From Camelus ferus (Eukaryota), in assembly GCF_009834535.1 (NCBI RefSeq), contig NC_045697.1:116066001-116130000 (forward strand): a DNA stretch of 64,000 nt, in the 5' to 3' direction. Below are positions 13,670 through 26,793 of the stretch, piece by piece. Under the pieces are notes generated by a model that did no database searches, was not told the origin of the DNA, and saw only the letters and a program-made list of their open reading frames with translations. Position 1 is the first letter of the stretch; the number at the start of each line of letters is the position of its first letter. Both the position numbers and the translations under genes were made by a program.

Positions 13670-13990
13670 CCCCAGGGAGGAAACCGAGGCTGAAGGTCAT
13701 CTAATTAGGAGGCGGCAGGGCCAGGATTCAGAACTGCCTGCCCCCAGAGCTCACGCTGGGCATTATGGGTGGTGGCCAGAGCGCAGGGTGCGTGTCAGAC
13801 AGCATCCAAATACTTGTATTTCTTGGGGAAGGCCGATACGTTTCCCCGAGGCATGCTTTTCTCATCTGTAAAAGCATCACACGACGCCCACCTTCACTGG
13901 GCAGCTCTGAGGATCAAATGCGATCCATGTGATAAAGTCCTTCTCGCAGAGGAAACGCTTGACAAATGAGAACTGCTGGCTGGTACTGTC
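13670..13990. mobile_element. Two MIR remnants in opposite orientation
   Basis: gaggaaaccgaggct core (minus-type) and ttttctcatctgtaaa...gaggatcaaatg core (plus-type). Confidence 0.6.
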
Positions 13991-16900
13991 ACTACTGTCC
14001 TATTCATGGTGTCATTCAAACTTCCGGCTAAGTAAAAATTCCAACTACGCTTTTTCTTGCCCCCACATAAGGAAACTGTCCCTATGCATGCTGCTTCTAT
14101 CTGTGAGGATTTAGTGACAAATTTCATGTTAGTGGATATAGTTTGCTCCTTGCAAAAAAAACAACGTATAATACAAAGATGTATTCCGTGAAAACATGAC
14201 ATTTCCACAAGGTCAGACTAGGTGGTTTTTGCTGGCCCAGCGTGGTAATGTCTGCTCTGGTGAGACCCTACGTCATCCCCCGTGTGTAAGACTCTCATTA
14301 CCCGGGGTGGCTTTGGTAACCAGGAGGACAACAATGCTAAGTGGTACCCAGGGAGCGGGTCCAACAAGACAGAGTTCTTCAGCCTGACCTCGACTGGCGT
14401 GTCAGGAAATCAATTCGCTGCTGCAACCAGCATTTTTAAAAAGGAAGCAGCAAGAGAAAGTACATCACTTACAGGAAGGATTCGTTCTCGTTAGTGAAAC
14501 TTTTATTTCTGGAATGAGCAGACGGGCTCGCGTCATGCCATAAAAATCTCTCTCTACCTGAGGGCAGCGATAAAGCAGTTTTGAAAGCCACTGCAGGAGA
14601 TGCCCCGTACAGCTACACATGGGACGTGGGACTCGTTCCTTTACAGATGCCCGGCCTTTCACTATGAAACAGAGAGGCCAATGGACACATCGTGGTCCTC
14701 GGACTGGGGCATCGGTCGGTTCTGCTCTCACTGGCCTCAGTTTTCTTTCACCATCAGCCCCACCTCCACCATGAGGTATTAAAACACTAGGTACAAGCCA
14801 CACAGTTTATTTTTTCCTCTCCTAGTAAGAGCTGAAGGTCCTTGGACAAGCAAAGATGTATGCTCGTAAGAAAGACATGAGAGCAGAAAAATAATTGTCA
14901 GAAATGTTTCCGGTTTAACATACTATTACATTAAGACAATAATAAAAGTCAAATTACCGCCACAGATGACTGGAGAATATAAAGTATAAAACGTATTCAC
15001 TAATACCGTGACCTGAAGGGCTCGCACAGACATCTGTCTTGCTTTTTGTCAGTCTCCTAATCCCTCAGTGGGTCATGAAATCAATTTGTGATATATGACT
15101 AGTGACTAACGTTAAAGAAATACAACAGGATAGGCAATGTCTGTGCATCAAATAAGGATAAAGAACAAAGGACACAGAGGAGATGTGATAACAGTAAATC
15201 TACAAAATTCTCCAGCCTCGATTGAAAAACTAAAAATAATCAATCGCCTAACCAGACAGCATCCAAGGGTTTTAAAAACTCTTAGAGATTCAAAAATGGT
15301 ACCACTGGTTCTGTGATCACTTCTTTTCCATTTTTTTTTTTATCACACTGGAGGATTACAGCAATTTAAAAAATAAAGAATATCTATCACCAATCTTTTA
15401 AAAAAATTATAAACACAAAATGGAAGCATTTGACGGTAGGGGCTCAACATAACCCTGGTGAGGCCGCAGGAGCGTGTGGAGTGGAAGCCGAGACACTCCG
15501 GGGCCAAGAGGCCAGAGGCTGGAGGGGGATGAGACAGTTCCCAGGACGTGTGGAGCGAAGGGGCCGCGACTGGGAACTACTCTATGCTGTACTGCTTGGA
15601 AGAATCTGTTTGAGTAACACATGAATATGATTTGTCTTACTTCCATAGGGAAGAAACATCCCTGTTTATGAAAAATGTAAGACATTAAAAAAAAACCCTT
15701 TTTCTCTTGTCATGTAACACAAAGAAAAGCCAAATAATCAACCTACAGACAACAGACGCTTTAGCCAATTCAGAAAATGATCTTACTTGCTTTGGTTTAA
15801 TTTATGTAAGAAGTAATTAATATTGTAAAGTTTTTTTTTTGTTTTTTTTTTTTTTTTTTTAGAAAATCTGTAGATTCTGTGTGTGTGAGGTATACTAAGC
15901 AGGAAAGAAAAAAGGAATCCTTTGAAAGGGGTCCAAGCAGTTCTCTGCCTTAAAACAAAAATATTAAATTCATAACCATTCAGTAATTGAAGACTTTGTC
16001 ACAAGTTACCGAGCAAAAATAAATGATGCCCGTTTTCTCAAAATACGGAAACAAAGGCACACCCAAGAATCTATGGGAACCCAAAAGGAAGTTTGTTAAT
16101 TCCTGCAGTTTTAAAAATAGGATTAAAGAGGAGCAATTTCATTTAAACTAAACTTAAAACACACCACCCCATCGCTTGGGGAGAGGAAGGAGGTTTGGCA
16201 GGCAGGCACCTGGACAAAGCATCAATCCCACAGATGTTCGTCGTTCATATGAAAGGTGTCTGTATTAACCAAGTGCAGGAGGGTGAGTTAGACGTAACAA
16301 GAGAAAAGGCAGACAAGGTAAACGTTCTCACATGTGGCTGTGCTCTGAGGAGACAGAACACGGGATCTCCCCCAGACCTCGTGCGGGCCAGGCAACATCA
16401 TGAGGCCTTAGCTGTACTGACACCGATTCACCGTTTTAAATAAAAGTATATTTGACAGGGCCAAGCATCTGAATCATCACTGCTTACCAGTGAGCTGGCA
16501 CTCAAGTGTAAGCAGTGCACTCAGAGATTTTATCAACAACCACACACACACACACACACCAGCTTGGTATTCATTTGCAGGACTCAGCATAGCTCTTGCT
16601 TTCTAGAAATTCTGGGAGAGAAAACTTCTCAGATACGAAGGGAAAGCCTTAAATTTCCAGGAATGACATGCTACCTATTTTTTTAATGATCATAATTGTC
16701 TTCCATAACTATACTAAAGGGAGCATATTCGAAAAGGATAACTTCCACATCAAGCTGTTCATAAACAATGTTCAATCTAACTTTTAAAAGAGCCTGAGAG
16801 CAAGGATTCTGGGTTAAGAGGGCCAAATGAACACACTTCCGATGTCACTGTCTCTTTAAAAATTACAATAAAAAGATTTTTAAAAAGAAGTAGTCAGGGA

Positions 16901-17224
16901 CAAAGAGAGGGAAATAAATTTTGGACAGTGGAGATCAGAGGAATGTGTGGATTCAGACACAAGAAGGCTCAACCCCATGTCTTCAGGGGTAAAACAGAAC
17001 CACTTCACTTTATGCTGCAAAATCCTTAAAAGACATGTGAACTAACTACCAGCCCCTTCGTAACAGGGAGTGGAGGCAATGCAGAAGGACGTGGGCTAAA
17101 GTTGGGGGGGAACGCTGGTTACTAGTGCCCGAAGCCATACCAATTTATCAATTTCTTCCTAGCACAGAGTTTTTAAAAAAATGTGTCATGTGGATCTAAT
17201 AAAAGGATATTGGGGGAAGAAGCA

Positions 17225-17380
17225 TAGTAATATTATTCATAACAGCATAAGTAGAAATAAGCAAAATGTCCATCAGTCAGTTCATGGATAAGTGAATTGT
17301 GGTATAACTACATAATGAAGTATTATTTGACAATAAAAATTAACAAAGTACCAAAAAAAGAAAAAAAGAAAAAGAAAAGA
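17225..17380 (+). mobile_element. Old L1M ORF2-end fragment
   Basis: tattcataacagc...aaatgtccatca...atggataagtgaattgtggtata motif followed by an A tail. Confidence 0.65.
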
Positions 17381-18503
17381 AAGTCAGGGAAGTCAGGGGT
17401 GGGTATTTGAGAAGCAGTTCCATCCATCCCTCATTCCAACCGGAATCTAGGGGTTAGCCATTGGCGAAGGGATGCAGAACAGGTGTCTGCACTGGGGGAG
17501 GCAGGCCCCGCTTCTCCCTTCATTCAGGTCTGCGCTCCTAAAAAGGCATCACACCAACCCGTCCTTCCTCAGACAGCCTCCTGGTCAGTGCCCTCCCGGT
17601 CACACACCCTGAGTCCCCATCATAGCCTTCAGAGCAGCGGGACAAGACCAGGACCTCCCCTGCTTCTTTCCCACTGAGCCACCAGGACCCAGAAACCCTG
17701 AGTCCACAGACTGAATGGGTACGGCCCCGGAACAGGCATCTGTAAGTAGTCAGCGACGCCTACCAAGGGCGTCCATGGTGGCTTAGATCTCTAAGCCAAG
17801 GTCTGGGTTTTCATCTTTGACTCCCTCGCGTGCGGAGAGCTGAAGTGGCACAGGTGTCCCCTCACACAGAACGAGGTGTCTGGGCTCGCTCCAAGCACAA
17901 GCAACTGGTCGCCCACACATACTGATGCCCACAGGGTCCTGCACCTGACCCAGGAGATCCAGTTCCCCGAATTCCTCTCAAGTAGACACTGGCCCAGGGA
18001 GAGCTGGGGGAATGGCGGAGCAGACAGCCCGGCTCGGGCAGGGGTGGCTGAGATCTGGACCGGCTGCGGAAGCAAAGCTTTTACAGGACAACCTACCAGC
18101 TGCCTCTCGACCAGTGTTTACATGAAGAAGAACTTCCTAGTTCACTAGGAATGGTGCTCCCAAGAAAATTAAAAGAAGAACCATTGTTTGGAAGACGACT
18201 TTTATTTTATTTTTTGTCATAATGTAAGCTAGCAAAGGGCTCATGTGGAAGGGTTTTATTAAGCAGCTGTATTATTTGTAGACTCTTGAAGGTACTGATT
18301 GAGTAAAATGAATCTTTTTTTAAGTTTTTTCAACAAATGCCAAGGGAAGTTTTTAAATGAATGACCCCTTAAAGCCTACAAACCCGGGCTCTATGATATC
18401 AGATGACTTTCCCTCTGTGTATTTTTTTTTCCTTTTTAAAAAGCTGTATTAATATGCATTTACTCTGAATTGCTCTGGGATGCATTTTCGCACCCATACT
18501 TAC

Positions 18504-18681
18504 CAATGTCGTCATCCGTCCTGTCAATGGGGTCCTTCTCCAGGCAGTCCCTCACAATGTCCCTGCTCATCAGTGGGTCCGAGGCCCTCTCGATGTCCTC
18601 TTCATCGTCATCGTCCTCAGAGTCCACAGCGGTCTCTGGCAACCCACTCAGGTCCATATCACCAGCCTCACTTTCCGTGGC
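18504..18681 (-). CDS. RAPGEF2: RAPGEF2 exon: [10 protein letters not shown]...DRTDDDI (acidic region)
   Basis: 178 nt; acceptor TCTCCAG|; donor G|GTAAGT; phases 0/1; within ORF 18460..18744. Confidence 0.97.
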
Positions 18682-19854
18682 CTGGAGACAGACCGAAAAT
18701 TGATAGATTGATGGACAGAGAGAGATACACAGACAAATAAACATACTGTGTCAAGTACACCTTTTGGACCCAAAAGAAATAAAAACAAGTCTAGTTCAAA
18801 ATATCAAACCTCTTACTATATTAATTTTTCCTTAACTATGTTACACGTATTCAGTAGTAACAGATCTTTCTGTGCTAGGCACTACATAAAAGAATGATGG
18901 CAACAACATATAAGTGATTTTACCTCTTACTGAATTTTTAGTTAGGATTAATAATTCTCTCTCAATAATTTTGACTTCTTATCTGAGCTGTTTGAAACAT
19001 AGCAAAATAAGAAAAAGATAAGTCTTTGTTTTCACTCCATTTTTCAAAGAGAATGGCTTAAGCTAAGAGCTTAAGGGTGACAGTTAATTTGGAACAATTT
19101 CTTCCCCAGGAGAATAGGTGCAGATTTATTAACGCCAAGAAGACCGAACCACTTCTCTGTCATTAGATGGTCTGTATGAAAAAGTGAATCCCAAATCACA
19201 GGTAACTTGATAAATATGCAAACAAAACATTTAGTCTGATGATCACAATGTCTACTCTCCAACTATAAACTGCCAAAGGTGTGAAAGACCCTACACTCCG
19301 AGTGGTGACGCAGTCTTTCTCCCCATTCATTCCTCAACATGGCTGATGGTGTCACCGGTCAAACTCCAAGTCATCAAGATACACCTGAATCTCTTCTCAG
19401 TCACGAGAGTCACACATTTCAAAACGGTGTCTCCTGTCGGGCTCTCTCAAGCCTGGAACAGCTATCCCCGTCGGTTATTCTGCAGCCTTTGTGATTATTA
19501 TCTCAACAATCGCATGCCTGTATCGCACTGGCCTTACTGGACTTTGTGTGCCGAGCATTCATTAACTGCTTAAGTGCAGTAAGAACGGGTGCGATTAAAT
19601 ATCAACTATATTGATCTTGAACATCACAGACATGTTTTTCCAGATAAAATACTGACCTCTTAGGAAGACTTCATGATAAAACTATTAACTTTGTCAAAAA
19701 CATAACATTTACCAACTTCAAGTAGCTCATAGCTCATATGATCTTCAAAGACAATAAACAAATCTATTTTTAAGAACTGGCAAACACTGATTAAAATAAA
19801 TAAAACTGTAAATATAAAATGTTGAACCTGACAGTAATAAGCCAACACCAAATA

Positions 19855-20065
19855 CAACATGCCAGGAGCTGCTGTAAGTGGCTTCTGTGTAGTAACTCAT
19901 TTCATCCTTAAAACAATCCTACGAAGTAAGTGCCCTTATTAACTTTTGTTATTCTGCAAACATCCAGGTGAAGAGAGATTATTTTTCCACGATTGTGCTC
20001 CTGGTAACTGTGGAATTGAGAATGGAACCAGGAGTTCTGGCCCCAGACTCAGAACTACAAGTACT
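19855..20065 (-). mobile_element. MIR remnant
   Basis: atgccagg...aactcatttcatcct..aacaatcctacgaagtaagt pattern. Confidence 0.6.
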
Positions 20066-23000
20066 CTGTCTCTTTATATAATAGACACTTAATACACGCA
20101 TCCTCCTAGAGGATCTATACTCTGTCTATAATTCAGTTTAAGTCAACGTTTACAGAAGAAATTGTATTATTTTTGTATCAACAAAGCTTCACCTTTCTAA
20201 AGTCTTGGTTTACATTACAGAACACGCTATTTAAGCCTACATTTTGAAGCAACACAAGCATCAGTTAATTATTTCTACAGTTTAACAACTAGAATTATAA
20301 TCACACTTCGTTTTTTTAGGTACAACGTCCTGAACTGAAATACACGCATCATAAGAAAAACCTACGGGGAAGATAACTGAAGACAGAATAGGTGGAAGGG
20401 GACAGCTTAACCTCTGAGGAAGCTGTGTCCACAGTGGCCTTCGTGGACGACTGACGGCCCGGACCACGGCCAGCGCTGCTGCACGTGGGAGAGAGGTGAG
20501 GCTTAGCTCGGCAGCACACCCCTAATTCGGACTGTCTCTGGATTCTAGCATGAAACTGAAAACAGAACTGGATGTGATCTGGTCAGCCAAGGCCACAGTC
20601 AGAGAAACCAGGCCAACACTGCTGGTGTCACCGCCTTATTTCCAAAGCCTAAAAATGTGACCATTGGGTCAGGCTTGCTATGATCACATCTCACCCCAGT
20701 TGCACTTTAACATTGACGATTATTAGTCATCACCTTACATTTTCAAATATACACTCAGTTCTCTCTTCACACATTCTGTAGTATTACCCTGAAGTGAGGA
20801 AGCATTGTGGAAGATGGAAATTAAAACAAAAACTCTTCTAAATAAAGTTATATAACCTAAGGTTTTTCTTTAATTCTTAAACATCTAACATATGGCAAGA
20901 GATGACAGATATATTTTATACCACTCCAAAGAAATCATTACTATCACTTAAATGAATTATATTTACGTCTTAAATAGAATCAAGATTTTCAAATGTGAGT
21001 TGGATTAATCTTTCCAAAATTGAACTCTCCACTCTATTTGTGTAAATAATCATTAATTGTTTTCTATTTCTGTAATGTGGACTCCATTCTTTAAGAAACA
21101 AATAATCTTCAAAATAACATTCACTAAACATTCATTTAAAATAAATACCCATTTCATTTTAAAATATATAGAATTCCTTTAAATAATGCATTTTAAAAAT
21201 TGATTTATTTTTTAGGAATTGACTTTTTCATAATCCCACTGTCTGATGAACAGTGAGACACGTGGAGACTGAGTGGAGTCAAAAGGTTTAATGACCCCGG
21301 CTGGTCTACAGGAAGAGAGCGCTAAACCCGAGTGCCTGGAACGTGGGAGTCACTGAATTTGCGTCTGCTGGATGAACAGACAAACCAGAGGTCAGCAGTT
21401 CAGGTCTCTGCTCCAGCATTCACTGTGTGACTTTAACCAAGTTGTTGGAACTCTGCAAACCCAGTGTTATCCTCAGGAAACCGGAGGTTACACCTTGCCA
21501 TCCCTAGGGCTGTTCTTGGGTCAAACAAGGGAAAAGAAAGCCAGTGACAGCCTATACCAAAAGTCCCTTCTGCGGGGGACACATTTTCATCTCAGTGCCT
21601 GCACATCTTTCCCTCTCCCCACCCCAGCAATGAGCCTCACACACAATTTATACTGGCAGAATTTGTCCAAAAAACCCAAACTCTGTTAAATATCCCAACC
21701 CCTGACAAAATGTAAAAATTTCTCTCAGGCTAACTGCACCTGTTAAAATCTGGCTAAATGGCTCACACAGTAATTATAAAAATGGTGAGTGAGCCAGCAC
21801 GGAGTGACTACCATGTACCTAGCTCTACACCTGATGCTTATAATAGGTGATAATTAATCTTCATATCAATTCAGCACATCAGGATTGTTACCACTTTTCA
21901 GATGAGAAAACACGGGAACATTAGACACATTGTTCAGTGTAAACAAAACAAAACCGAGTAATTGTACCAGGGCTCAAGATCAGGTCTGACCAACACAAAC
22001 TACTGAATACTTGCACTCTAATATTTCACCCAGTTTTCTAAAGCCTGTCTTCATGAAGAAAATAGCTAAAATATAATAAAGCAATAAAATGTTTTCTGCT
22101 TCGCTAAGTCACAAAACATAAAATGTTAAAAAATTTATATCTGCATATAAACATAAACAAAATGCCTGAAATTTTCCAGCTTCCTCCAAATGACAGTATT
22201 GCTAAGATTAATGCCAGTCTTTAAACCCTTTTATTCTAAGTAAAGATACGCACACATTTTATATTTAAAACGTATCTGATTATATTGGTCTTGGGAGCAA
22301 AAATAAAGCCACTTAGGCCAATAGCTCCTGTCCTAAATTAATGACTCTTCCACATGGATAACAGAACAGATTTAGGTGCACATTATAGTTAAATAGTAAT
22401 ATTCTCAAAAAAAAAACAACTCTCGTAATATTCTGAGATCAGTGCTGAAAGCTCTGTGATTTACTCAAATCAAAAGGGGCTCTATGAAAACAGTTCTTAA
22501 AACCAGTTTTATTTTGCATTTTTAAGGGATATGAAGTAAATGAAGAAACAGAAGAAATATTAAATGCCACAAAGCTCTAGTGAAGTTATTGAAGTAAAAT
22601 AAAAACATCGTAACTACTATGCATTTATCATTAAGTACTTAAAAATCACTCATGAAAACCTTTTTGCGTATTAAATATCAAACACCCACGCCTATCCCCA
22701 TGGTCAGGAGGGTTGCTTAATAAATATTCATGATGGAAATACATTTATGTAGAAAGTATGAAAACATATTTGGAAATAAGTACAACGCTTGCAGTAAGCT
22801 CTGTTTGTGTATCATAATTTATGCTGTTCCTAATCTTACACTAGGAATGTTTTTTTTTTTATTTCAATATAGGAGATACATATATATGCCTAAAAGAACA
22901 ATCCTTTAAAGCTCTTAATGTAAACTGTTAGGTTTCTTTCCAAAAACTACCATCCTAACAGGTGTAAGAATGTCCATCTATAATCATTTATTATAAGGAA

Positions 23001-26000
23001 CTAAGTCAGTGCTAATTTAATAGGAAAAGCAGTTTCATATTAAATCCTCATACACTCGATTACTAATGTCTTAAGTATTTTCTTTAGGGCATAGACATTT
23101 GCACGTTCTCGCCTGCAAACTACCTACTCTTGTCCTTTGAATACTATTATGTTGTGAGCTGAGTATTTTTCTTATTAATTTGCATAAGTGAAACTATTCT
23201 GACTTTAAATCTTTGTCTCAATTGATCTTCTAATTTATTAAAAGTTTTGATCAGTCATTATGCCACTAAGAAATTGCTAACTCTTTGGTTTATCTGGAAT
23301 TTAATCTTAATTATAATACAAACAAGGATATTAAAATTACTCCCCTACCCTGAAGACCATGTACTGACTAACCCATCGCTGCACGGACTCGTGAGGTTCC
23401 CTTTATTATGTGCTACATCCTTATGTGTGGGTTTCGTTTTGCTTGAACCCTCTGTTCTAGTGATCTGTCCATTTTTGTACAATTATTTCCAGTCCACCTC
23501 AGTCACTGCTCTGATCGTCACTCCATGTGACCAGGACCTTATCATGGCTTGAAACTGCATGGTCTCCTGTCACCTGCTTAGGCACTCACTCTGCCTTCTG
23601 TCACCAATAACCTCCTATTTCTCAGCCTGCTTCCACTGCCTCCCAAGGAGGCCCTTTTTAAAACAAGCACGATCCTCAGTCTTCCAGATTCTCCGTCCTG
23701 TGGCTTGCCCTCACACTTCCAGCTTGTGGTCCCTAGTCCAATGGTGCCGTCACCTTCACTGGACACACCTTTCCGAATGCCTACGACTTCCTGGCCCTGC
23801 TCCAGGCTCCAGACAAGACAGATCAGTGCCCTGTCTTCCTGAAGCTGCCACTCCAGGAGGCAGGTATGGCGACTTAGCAAAAGTAATCATCATTTTGGTT
23901 AAAGTCTAAGGAAAAGACTAGCCAGGAAAGGATCCAAACTGTAGGAGAGAACCTGCTTTTCAGAGGGCAGTAAGTAAAGAAGTCTCTGAGAAGACAGTCC
24001 TTGAGAACGAAGTCACACGAGGGTCAAATGAGGAGAGGACATTCCTGACAGAAGGTCTGCAAATGCAGAGTGTGGCATGTCGCTCAAGCCTTCCTTGCAC
24101 TACACTCTAACGAGGCTGCAGTCCTGGAGAAACCAAACCTCTGCTTTCTCTGCCCTTACCGCACCAGGCGGTGGGAAATCACTCCGCATTCAAGGGCACC
24201 AACCTGGCTGAGCCTTTAACGCTCTGGTCAGTTTGCTCTCCTCCTCTCTGAAACTATTCTCTCCTTAAACGTTCCCACCTGCCAACCCTCTCACTCTGAA
24301 CGGAGGACTCAGACACGCCAGACAGAAACTCCCTCAACCCCAAACTCCCCGCTCCAAGCCCACCATGACCTGTCCCTAGTAACGCAGAGGAGGTTTCTTC
24401 CTGAAAGCTAGTGATTCCACTCCACTCTTGAATTCCCTTCCCAGCCTCTCTGAAACATTATTCTGTCCTCTTCTCTCCTGCACACAGCATTTGATTTCAA
24501 CCTCTCTGTGCCCATCTTGGGAGCATTTATACTCGGCTCCAACCTGACAGCTTTCTCCCCAGTCAGAACCATGCAAAGATTAAAGGGTTGCCTTGGGGAG
24601 ACAGCTGCCCATCACTGGGATGTTCAAGAATAAACTGGATGCTCGAGTGAAAGGAAAGTGGTAGAGGGTTCGGAGACAAGACTGGTCCCTGAACCAGTTG
24701 CACCTGTCAGATTTCTTCTCACCTGAGAGTTTCTGATTTAAAGACAACAGACACGGTCTACTGAGGATTTCCATGTTGTCTGATAGAATCAGAAACTAAA
24801 TCTTTGGATACATCTATGGATCTTTCCCTAGGAAGGATATAAATTTAACAGGCTACACGCCTGTCGTCAAGTTTGAAATGAATAGCCTTGACACTCAAGC
24901 AAAATGGATCACAATACACAGGGGTCCTCTTTTCCAAGATAAAGTCAGACTGCAGGCTGCACTCTCCAATCCAGTCAGAGTGACGTGGAGTTCTCACCAC
25001 AGTCTGCATCCTCAGATGTGGTGGCTGGGGACCGCAGAGGTACCACCAGGAATCTCCCCATGACCTTACCCCAACCTACCCAAGGGAGTGACACAGAGCC
25101 CAAGTCCCCGCAGGATCAGCCTCGATCAATTCTGTAGACAACCTACTCCACTCCTATCACATAAATTTACCTTTTGCAGTTCCATTCAGGCTTGCATTAT
25201 ACTTGGAGAAAGCAGTGGTAACTGCTCCGACCTCGAGCTGTGTTTCTGTGACAGATCTTTAAAATGTATAATCATCTCAAAGAGTAGAAGACAAAGGGTC
25301 CATCGTGATGTTTCAAGTAACGTAAGCTAAAGCAGAGCTTCTACTTACACTGTCCTTTGTTCTGTTGCAAGGGACACTCCTGAGTAAATGTGTGAAAGAG
25401 TCAACTTCTAAAAAATAGGCATTTCGAGGGCTTGGAGGAGAGCAGTTTTACCCTGATCCACCGCCTTCTCTCCTCAACGGTTGAAAATTGGATTACTTCC
25501 TGTACATTTAAGTACAAGTTAACACTTAATGCATCAAAGTAGAAATTTGAAAGGTTACTTTAAAGAGTCAAATAATTATATTTCTTATTGCAAAATAATA
25601 AAAAAAGTTCTTAATTAGCCAAGAAGCTGCAGATAATTGCTTTGTGGCTACCAATTCTCAGTCAGCGACCTTTCAACAACACTCCTGGAGTACAGAAAAG
25701 TGTGTGCCTAATGCACCCTTAAGAGAAAATTAATTTTCTAAGATCTACTAAATTTAGGGCTTGAACAGGTATGTTTCGCCCTGATGGTATTCTGATTGTT
25801 TAGTTGCTTTTAGTAATGTTTTCTAAAAAATAGAAAGTTGGCACTGTTTGAATACATCAATGACCCTGAAACACTACAGTGTTTCTAAAGAAAGGTTTTT
25901 ATGGCCAGCTCGTAGCACAATTCCTAAGAAGAAGAGAATTATACTTTGTAAAGTATGATGTTCTTTTTGGTTGAAACCATCCAAAACCCCATATTAGCTT

Positions 26001-26661
26001 ATATACTGACTCCCCAGGACTTTTTTCTGCATATTTTAGTCACTTTTCCTAATTTTTATTTTCTAAGTGAATGAACTATTCCTTAACAATTAAAATTATT
26101 TTGCTTTTAAAGCATTTTTGAAATCCCATAGTTCTGGTTTCTTTTCTATCCATCAGTATCCTAAGAATTTATTTTAAACATATAACTCAACCTATAGGCA
26201 AGAAAAATAATTCAACGAGCCAATCTTAATAATCTCTTCCTTTTTAAGACTTTAGTAAGAAAAGCTTATTATAAAAGCATAATTCAGAAGTTTTCCCCTA
26301 AAATTTTAGTCAAGAAAGAGTCGTACACCTAGTATGGCTACAGTCAAATTAATAAAATATTTGGAGTCAAGGGAAATATTCCCATTGTAGCTACTCTATT
26401 TAAAATTCTTATGACGGGTGACAGCAGATGCAAACACAATTAGACAGTTGTTCTAATTTAATTTAGGAAGTTCTATTTCCTAAAACGAGCATACAGTGTA
26501 CTGTATGCCTGGGCGAAGCACGAACACTAGCACTTTGTGTACACGTACGCACATGTAATATACGCTCATGTATTTACTCTATACATCCTATCAATGAAGA
26601 ATCACGGAACCTCTTAGGACACAGGAAAACGAAGCAAGTGACGAGGAAAACACCTTCTTAC

Positions 26662-26793
26662 CTGGTAGATGTCAGAAAGGCTGCTGCTTCCGGAGTCACT
26701 GGTGATACTACATCCTGAGTGGCTGGAAGAGACGTGGGTCACCTGCGGGTGAAGACTATCAGTGAGGTGCAGCTTTGTGAAGTCTGCAGGGAG
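26662..26793 (-). CDS. RAPGEF2: RAPGEF2 exon: [10 protein letters not shown]...SSSLSDIYQ (44 aa)
   Basis: 132 nt; pyrimidine tract then TAG acceptor; donor CAG|GTAAGA; phases 0/0. Confidence 0.97.

Noticed and set aside
14385..15110. Two similar motifs (..gaaatcaatt..) at ~14405 and ~15077 suggesting hAT/MER DNA-transposon relics
   Set aside because: Too degraded to define ends or family by eye.
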